Positions 7,376-13,235 of a stretch of DNA of 64,000 nt are shown here, one piece after another. The DNA lies in the sequence record MW812341.1. One strand, given 5' to 3'. How positions within the stretch are numbered: the stretch's first letter is position 1; each line of letters begins with the position of its first letter. Position numbers and translations under genes: made by a program. The notes under the pieces were generated by a model. That model was not told the origin of the DNA. It ran no database searches and saw only the letters and a list, made by a program, of their open reading frames with translations.

Positions 7376-7451
7376 TGGCAGTGCTAACGGGGCTCGAACC
7401 CGTGACCTCCGCCGTGACAGGGCGGCGTCCTACCAACTGGACTATAGCACT
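7376..7451 (-). tRNA. tRNA-Asp(GTC), second copy
   Basis: 76 nt, loop CT-GTC-AC, G73, CCA. Confidence 0.95.
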
Positions 7452-7575
7452 AGAATTTGCGTCTGCTTGCTTGAGAGAGTCTACCTCTCGCACTATTTCA
7501 CACCCCGCAGATAAGGGAATCGCGCAACCGCTAGTATAGGTGACTAACCAAACCGCAGGGTTACGTTCTCGTGAC

Positions 7576-7651
7576 TGGTGGTTCCGGCTGGTATCGAACC
7601 AACGACCGCGCCATTATGAGTGGCGTGCTCTACCGACTGAGCTACAGAACC
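7576..7651 (-). tRNA. tRNA-Met(CAT) elongator type (or Ile2)
   Basis: 76 nt, loop CT-CAT-AA, G1-C72 pair (not initiator), CCA. Confidence 0.92.
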
Positions 7652-7655
7652 GAAT

Positions 7656-7732
7656 TGGTTGTCTCGAGTGGACTTGAACCACTGACCTCCCGCTTATCAG
7701 GCGAGCGCTCTAACCAACTGAGCTACGAGACA
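7656..7732 (-). tRNA. tRNA-Ile(GAT)
   Basis: 77 nt, loop CT-GAT-AA, CCA. Confidence 0.95.
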
Positions 7733-7741
7733 TCAAACTGA

Positions 7742-7892
7742 TTGGGACACAGAGAATCGAACTCTGGACCGTGACATTGTCGGTTACTCTAGACCGCTAT
7801 GAGCTACACACCTAGCAGTCACGCTAGGCAAGGGAGGATTCGAACCACCGACCTTCCGACTCTGTCACACTTTACCACTAAGCTATATCCCA
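7742..7892 (-). ncRNA. twin-tRNA RNA: two tRNA bodies fused through their anticodon stems
   Basis: Outer TGGGATA/TGTCCCA acceptor, D- and T-arms; anticodon loop replaced by a circularly permuted second cloverleaf. Confidence 0.75.
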
Positions 7893-7898
7893 ATAAAT

Positions 7899-8019
7899 TG
7901 GCAGCCGCTATAGGACTTGAACCTATAACCTCATCACACCGCACCACACTTGCACGCCATGGACGCCTATGCATAGTTAAAGCGATGTTCTGTCTCTATC
8001 CACTTGAGATTAAGCGACT
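7899..8019 (-). ncRNA. CCA-terminated tRNA body with about 44-nt expanded anticodon loop
   Basis: AGTCGCT/AGCGGCT acceptor + G + CCA, TCTC-AAGTGGATA-GAGA D-arm, CATCGC/GTGATG stem, ATAGG-TTCAAGT-CCTAT T-arm. Confidence 0.65.
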
Positions 8020-8025
8020 AATGTT

Positions 8026-8103
8026 TGGTGCACCCGGCTTGCCTCGAACAAGCGACCTCGGGGGTTTCACTCCCGCGCTCTGACCAATCTGAGCTACAGA
8101 TGC
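8026..8103 (-). tRNA. tRNA-Phe(GAA)
   Basis: 78 nt, loop GT-GAA-AC (unusual G32), CCA. Confidence 0.88.
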
Positions 8104-8110
8104 ATAATGA

Positions 8111-8185
8111 TGGAAGGGGCATCTGGATTTGAACCAGAGCATACAGGGATCAAAGCCCTGGGCCTTACCGCTTGGCTATACCCCT
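8111..8185 (-). tRNA. tRNA-Gln(TTG)
   Basis: 75 nt, loop CT-TTG-AT, CCA. Confidence 0.93.
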
Positions 8186-8191
8186 AGAATT

Positions 8192-8273
8192 TGGTGGGGG
8201 AGGATGGATTTGAACCACCGTGTGGGATAACAGATTTACAGTCTGCCGCGTTCGACCGCTCCGCCACTCCCCC
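8192..8273 (-). tRNA. tRNA-Tyr(GTA)
   Basis: 82-nt class II cloverleaf, loop CT-GTA-AA, CCA. Confidence 0.95.
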
Positions 8274-8279
8274 GTATTG

Positions 8280-9040
8280 GGTGCCAGGGCACCTCGCAAC
8301 TCCTACACACCGGCAAGCGTACGCAACGCAACGCCCTGTGCAGCAACAACGAGATTCCCCGACATATAACAAAGAAAACTCATTCGTTAGAATTCGCTTT
8401 GTTATCATCGACATATATAGGGATAAAACTGTAATTGGACTTTCAGAGTGAGAATGAGGGTGATGGACTTCTTCTTCTGAGCCAGCGTATCCGCCGGTCT
8501 TAGCGTCTCCAAGCACCACCCTCTTTCACATTACCATTGGGATAACTTGTCCCACGACGGGGGGTTATCTCCAGCGACACACAGCCGCTTCAACACTTTA
8601 TAGGAACTTAATCCCATCAAAGATTTTCAGATTGTAGTATTACAGGCGTTAGCTTAGCGGTTTAGCAGTCCGGTGCTGGCCTGTCCGTTACGGACACATA
8701 TTTCCACGCAGGAAGATGTCTGTATCGGGAACCCTCACGGGAACTCCCACCGCCTGTAAGCCAGTAATGGGCAAGTGACCAGTGTCGTACGAAAGCCCAA
8801 ACGTCCTTTATAGAACGAATGAATTCGCGCACAAGCTCTTTTAGTCCTTGCATATATAAGGGCTCTCATCGAGTAAGTTAGTTTACGGTCAGTTACCTAC
8901 CCCTGCGGGTAGTGCTTTGTGTAACCGGCTATCAGCGACTTACTGGTGTGCGCTGAGTCTCAGCTGATACCGTATCGGACGGGATACCAGCCCGGCCAAA
9001 TGAGTGGTACACACGGCAACGGTTGGAAGCCAACCCCAGC
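8280..9040 (-). ncRNA. candidate large structured ncRNA region
   Basis: About 760 nt with no convincing gene; many perfect helices (ATAACAAAG/CTTTGTTAT, TTACAGGCG/CGCCTGTAA, TGTCCG/CGGACA, CTACCC/GGGTAG, TATCAGC/GCTGATA). Confidence 0.45.
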
Positions 9041-9045
9041 GTTAG

Positions 9046-9879
9046 TTACTGTTTCGTCCCCATCACACGAGAAGTGTTCTTGAGGAGAATACTCGATACC
9101 GATTCGAGCAAATCATCACCCGCGTCTGTGTTAGCCACAACCAGCGTGGTGGTACACGGTACGCTAACCTTATCACCAAAGAAAGCAGCAGCGTTAGTCT
9201 CTACCTTCTCTTTGGTGTAAACGGACTGGCCATTAGGCAGTCTGTCGTTAACGTTCCATGTGCTCATGTCAATCAGCTTCAAGCCAGAGCTATCTTGATT
9301 AACGGCATCGAGGAATTTGTTATTCTTACCCGGAGCAGATACCCACAGGAATGCATCGTATTCCCCTGTCGCCACTTTGGACAGAGAACGAATGCCACCC
9401 TTCGCGTAGGTTTCAGCTTTAGAGTATTCTTTTACCAGCAGCTGGAGGTATTGCCAGCTTGCGTAGGAACCGGAGTCTGGGTCACCAACAGCAATCTTCG
9501 CACCGTTGGTCAAATCACCGGAACCGCTAATCTTGCCGTCTTTCTTGACAGCTACCCAAACACATTCACGTCCCAGCTGACCAACGATGTCAACCTTCTG
9601 TGCTTCGTTCGGATGTTGCTGACGCCAGTATTGAAAAGCATCAGCTTGCGTGAACCCAATCTGGGCTTCACCGCTAGAAACTTTATCGAGGTTGTCAGAA
9701 GACCCCTTCGATGGGATAACGCGTGCAGTATTGCCGAACTCATTCAGCGCCCCTGCCAGATTAACACCGTATACAGAGTTGTAAGTCAAACCCTGCTGAC
9801 CGGTGGTAATGATTACTTCCTGTCCCGCCATTGCTGAGAAACTCAGCGCAGCCAATAAACCAATAAGAACCTTTCTCAT
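9046..9879 (-). CDS. TAXI-family (TRAP-associated) periplasmic solute-binding protein
   Basis: Signal peptide MRKVLIGLLAALSFSAMA; TAXI-type motifs ITTG..G..Y, SKGSSDNL, AQIGFTQAD, IAVGDPDSGS. Confidence 0.8.
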   Translation of the reverse strand: MRKVLIGLLAALSFSAMAGQEVIITTGQQGLTYNSVYGVNLAGALNEFGNTARVIPSKGSSDNLDKVSSGEAQIGFTQADAFQYWRQQHPNEAQKVDIVGQLGRECVWVAVKKDGKISGSGDLTNGAKIAVGDPDSGSYASWQYLQLLVKEYSKAETYAKGGIRSLSKVATGEYDAFLWVSAPGKNNKFLDAVNQDSSGLKLIDMSTWNVNDRLPNGQSVYTKEKVETNAAAFFGDKVSVPCTTTLVVANTDAGDDLLESVSSILLKNTSRVMGTKQ

Positions 9880-9914
9880 GCTTCTACCTATTATTGTTAA
9901 AGAGAATGGAACAG

Positions 9915-9936
9915 CGGGGAGGGAACGACCTCCCCG
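9915..9936 (-). terminator. GC hairpin between small membrane gene and TAXI gene (terminator or processing site)
   Basis: CGGGGAGG-GAACGA-CCTCCCCG. Confidence 0.4.
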
Positions 9937-9944
9937 TTAAATCA

Positions 9945-10124
9945 TTAAGACTTGACCTTGGCTTTAGCCTTGGCTGCGTAAGTCTTAATGAGTGGCCACA
10001 CGAGATATGCTACTAAGCCGATTACAGCTACGTAAGCGATAAGCGTAAACGCCCGGCCTACGAAGTTGCCAAGCAGCATCAGTAACAGTGCGGCCGCGAT
10101 GTATAACTTGGTTTTCAGCTTCAT
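9945..10124 (-). CDS. small two-helix membrane protein (59 aa; below ORF-track cutoff)
   Basis: MKLKTKLYIAAALLLMLLGNFVGRAFTLIAYVAVIGLVAYLVWPLIKTYAAKAKAKVKS; starts 3 nt after terB stop. Confidence 0.8.
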   Translation of the reverse strand: MKLKTKLYIAAALLLMLLGNFVGRAFTLIAYVAVIGLVAYLVWPLIKTYAAKAKAKVKS

Positions 10125-10127
10125 GGT

Positions 10128-10553
10128 TTACGCGTCGTAGCGCAGGCCAAGGGCTTCGGCGATTTGTTTCAGTACCACTTCTTCTTCCGGCTCAATTTCA
10201 CCGTCAGCTTTAGCGATAGCAATCGCTACGTCCAGCACGTCTTCACATTCACGCTGGTCGCCTTTCACATCACCGATTTCACGCAGGGCAGCACGACGGC
10301 CAATACCGATATCTGCGTCCAGCTGTGCAGTGATGGTTGCAGCGATCTGGTTCAGTTCGCCCTGGAAGTTTGCCAGCACTGGGTTAGCGCGCAGCACTTG
10401 ATCGATTTTCGCTTTCTCTGATGCTTCCAGTTCGCCATCGGCGTAAGCTACCAGGTAAGCGGCGTTAACAACGGCTTGTGCCAGGTCACGTTTGTCGAAT
10501 TTTTTGATATCAGCAACAGCACGGTTAGCACGTTTTTTGAATAAGCCTAACAT
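10128..10553 (-). CDS. terB: TerB-family (tellurite resistance-like) protein
   Basis: AAYLVAYADGELEASE and AIAIAKADGEIEPEE..LKQIAEALGL duplicated TerB motifs. Confidence 0.88.
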   Translation of the reverse strand: MLGLFKKRANRAVADIKKFDKRDLAQAVVNAAYLVAYADGELEASEKAKIDQVLRANPVLANFQGELNQIAATITAQLDADIGIGRRAALREIGDVKGDQRECEDVLDVAIAIAKADGEIEPEEEVVLKQIAEALGLRYDA

Positions 10554-10559
10554 GATTCA

Positions 10560-10656
10560 ATTTTCCTTTAGGTGGGTGAGCCAGCGCCCAGGAGTGAAAG
10601 ACCGTAGAGTGAACAATCACTCCTACTAGCCACACCCCCGAAAGGCTCTACGGGTT
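10560..10656 (-). promoter_or_regulatory. pseudoknotted structured leader of terB operon
   Basis: Interleaved 8-bp helices CCGTAGAG/CTCTACGG and AGGAGTGA/TCACTCCT plus GGGTG..GCTAG/CTGGC..CACCC ending next to the SD. Confidence 0.55.
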
Positions 10657-10700
10657 TGTTGTAAAGTTGTCACATCGGGCGAGATGTGTTTTTAAAGAAT

Positions 10701-10776
10701 TGGAGGGGTGAACCGGATTTGAACCGGACTAATTTGGATTTGCAATCCAACGCCTAACCACTCGGACCATCACCCC
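10701..10776 (-). tRNA. tRNA-Cys(GCA)
   Basis: 76 nt, loop TT-GCA-AA, U73, CCA. Confidence 0.93.
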
Positions 10777-10804
10777 AGTTGGCGAACCGTAGTCCGCCGT
10801 TTAT

Positions 10805-11047
10805 TCAGCCTGCACAGAACGATTCGTGAACGACAGTCCCTTCTGGATAGTGCGTAGTCCCGATAAAAGTGACGGTCAGGGCTAACCCTTCATCCCACTC
10901 ACTTTCATCGCGCCAGCAACAGTCCATCCAATGACCCCGACTTGGACGAATTGCACACGCGGCCTGCTCCGTAGGAGCGGCAACGACTATGGAATCAAAT
11001 TCGTCGTAATCAACATCGTCCGTTCGTTCTAGCAAATACAAGTTCAT
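10805..11047 (-). CDS. hypothetical acidic protein (80 aa)
   Basis: ORF with GGAG RBS between tRNA genes. Confidence 0.75.
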   Translation of the reverse strand: MNLYLLERTDDVDYDEFDSIVVAAPTEQAACAIRPSRGHWMDCCWRDESEWDEGLALTVTFIGTTHYPEGTVVHESFCAG

Positions 11048-11113
11048 GAGGATTCTCCACTAATTGACAAAATTGTGTCATCTGTGGTGAGTCATGTACC
11101 TGTTGGCTAAATT

Positions 11114-11189
11114 TGGCGGGGGCACGAGGTCTCGAACCTCGAACCTTCGGTTTTGGAGACCGACATTCTGCCAATTGAACTATACCCCC
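11114..11189 (-). tRNA. tRNA-Trp(CCA)
   Basis: 76 nt, loop CT-CCA-AA, G73, CCA. Confidence 0.95.
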
Positions 11190-11237
11190 AAAAATCTTTC
11201 AGAGAAACCGTTGTGCGCCTCTCAGCATATCACTAGG

Positions 11238-11753
11238 TTAATCTGTAATTGGACTTTTTGAAATCTTGATGCTTTGGATTTTACCACCGGAACACGTATC
11301 GTATCTCGTGGCAATTCCCACTGCACCGACTGCTGAAGCTCCTGCTGCCATCGCACCCATGGCGAAATCGGAACCACTACCGATAGCGATTGGGACATCG
11401 ACTTCGGATATCCAAGCGAGTTCCGAATCCTCAGTTTGACCGCCCATGTACACAGCACCGCTTTCAGCGATGACGATGTAGTTGAAGCTCAAACCTTTTG
11501 GGAATTTGGATTCAGCGCACAGCGTAGCGTTGGAAATCAAATCAGAATCACCGGAGAGTGCGGCTTGCAATTGGCGAATGGCTGATACCTGTCCAGCTAC
11601 GGCCAAAGCAATTGCATTCTCACCGTTCACAGTCCAAGACTGGTTGGCCTTAGGCTGGAATATTTTCTGAATTTGCGTACCCATGACGACATCGCTGCTG
11701 GTCATCATCCCGTCACTGGCTAACGTTTCGCCATCGTAAGCAATCGTGGTCAT
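11238..11753 (-). CDS. Ntn-hydrolase, HslV/proteasome-beta-like peptidase
   Basis: N-terminal M-TTIAY-DG..LASD, KI motif, AIGSGSDFAMGAM and D..SGG motifs. Confidence 0.75.
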   Translation of the reverse strand: MTTIAYDGETLASDGMMTSSDVVMGTQIQKIFQPKANQSWTVNGENAIALAVAGQVSAIRQLQAALSGDSDLISNATLCAESKFPKGLSFNYIVIAESGAVYMGGQTEDSELAWISEVDVPIAIGSGSDFAMGAMAAGASAVGAVGIATRYDTCSGGKIQSIKISKSPITD

Positions 11754-11765
11754 GTGACCTCCTGG

Positions 11766-11983
11766 TCAGTCGCAGCTACCGCCGCTATCCGAACCGGAAT
11801 CGTAACTGGTGTCCTGAATACCACTGTCGGTAGGACGGGGACAGGAGTTCTGCGGTGTGTACGCTTCGACCATGTCATCGTGTTGGTCGATAACACTCGA
11901 CAGCGAACCACCCTGGTTTTGTTGACGGAGGCGACGCAGTCTGCGCTGCTCGTCCTCGTGACGTCGACGTTGTTCTGGTGTCA
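11766..11983 (-). CDS. hypothetical low-complexity protein (72 aa)
   Basis: MTPEQRRRHEDEQRR...; RBS upstream of ATG 11983. Confidence 0.6.
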
Positions 11984-12049
11984 TGGTTTTTCCCTGGTGT
12001 TGGCAAATTGGGTTTCGAACACAAGAACATGGCAATCTGTAAAAAAATA

Positions 12050-12427
12050 TTATTTCTTGGTATCCGCCTTCAGGTACCCAGCGAAGTGTGGGGTACGGAC
12101 ACGAGCTTCGGTACGAAGTAATTCGCCCACCGCTGCAAGTTCCGGATTTTCATGCGGAGTCATCACACATACCGGGATTCGGAAATGCCCATGAGCTGGT
12201 CGGGTCATACCGACAACCGCCATCGCTTCCCCGTTGGGGAATGGCTGGAATGCAACCGTCTCGAAAACTTTCTCGAGGCAGGCAGCGTGCAAGTGGTGAA
12301 TCTTCGGACATCCGGTACGTAACCAGGTGACAACCTCGGCGACAGGCACCGGCTCACCGTTACGTGGGAAGAATACCTCGCAAGGCATCCGCGTTGGCAG
12401 TAGCTCTTCAAGCGTCATGGCGCTCAT
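12050..12427 (-). CDS. hypothetical protein (125 aa)
   Basis: AGGAG RBS before ATG 12427; ORF-track extension to 12625 runs into structured non-coding region. Confidence 0.6.
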   Translation of the reverse strand: MSAMTLEELLPTRMPCEVFFPRNGEPVPVAEVVTWLRTGCPKIHHLHAACLEKVFETVAFQPFPNGEAMAVVGMTRPAHGHFRIPVCVMTPHENPELAAVGELLRTEARVRTPHFAGYLKADTKK

Positions 12428-12439
12428 GGTTATCTCCTG

Positions 12440-13135
12440 GTTAGAATTTGGTTCAGCGATGTCCGGGCACTTCGCAGTGTGCAGACACCCCCCTCTCGTC
12501 TTTCCGAGCCGCCAAGACCAATGGACCACCTCGCTTCGGAGATATCCCCCCATCCCAACGGTTCTACACGCTGGGAGTTTTTCGACGCAACGCCGAATCT
12601 GGTCGCACCCCAGGAGAACGCTCACCGACGATAGGCCAGTGGTAAGTCACTGGCAAGGACGACGGATGACGGTCCGCCTGGGCAAGGTTCTTCCTGGAGC
12701 TACCACGGTACCGGGTCGGGTGAAAGCCCGACTGGAACCTGAAACTCTTGAACATACTAAAACAAAATCACGTCGGTGTTAGGTCGAACGTATTTTCGCT
12801 TTGTCGACAACCCTGGTGAGGACTCTCGAAAAAGCGCCCCGAGTCGAGGCGAACACAGCAATCCAGTGCAGGATGAGAAAAATACCCGCTGTGGGATCTG
12901 CACAGCGGGACCGTACCCGGCAACCCTCGCCAGAAAATCGCGTCTCACCCTGTCGTGAGGTAGGCTCGAAAAGCCTCCTGGCCAAAACTACCAGCCAGGA
13001 GTGATTTGGTACTGGCATCAGTCGAGTTCTGCCAGCGAGCATAACACTGGGAAAATCTGTAATTGGATTTCCGCTGGTTATTTTTTAACCAGGTCCTCGG
13101 GAAGCTAAGGACTCGTGCGCGCCCACACGCCCGCG
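12440..13135 (+). ncRNA. candidate large structured ncRNA (about 700 nt)
   Basis: Dense hairpins: GTCGGG-TGAAAG-CCCGAC, CCCGCTGTG/CACAGCGGG, CTCCTGGC/GCCAGGAG, GCCAGT/ACTGGC, CTGGTTA/TAACCAG; GAAA and cUUCGg loops read on +. Confidence 0.5.
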
Positions 13136-13139
13136 ATAG

Positions 13140-13235
13140 TAATTTATAACTCAAAGAGTTTATTAGTATTAATTATATTTAATTATTATCCCTACGGGAT
13201 AATTATAATTAATATAAATATATTCTTTTAAAAGA
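13140..13235. repeat. AT-rich imperfect inverted repeat (candidate origin/unwinding element)
   Basis: ATTATCCC-TAC-GGGATAAT core with extended AT-only imperfect arms. Confidence 0.6.

Noticed and set aside
7899-8019. Functional ochre suppressor tRNA
   Set aside because: TTA is not presented in a closed 7-nt loop; it would require unproven splicing.
5756-8519. ORFs 5756-6181, 6275-6592, 6552-6749, 7799-8083, 8184-8519 and 8191-8451
   Set aside because: They run through tRNA genes or structured RNA and have no convincing RBS.
8400-8560. RNase P RNA interpretation (GAAGAAGTCC / TGAAAGTCC / GTGAAAGAGGGTG fragments)
   Set aside because: Conserved regions are in the wrong order and the 3' ACAGAA..CGGCTTA element is not found.
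12428-12625. N-terminal extension of the 12050 ORF and other ORFs in 12327-13154
   Set aside because: A strong RBS places the start at 12427; upstream frames are Arg/Pro-rich by-products of GC-rich hairpin sequence.
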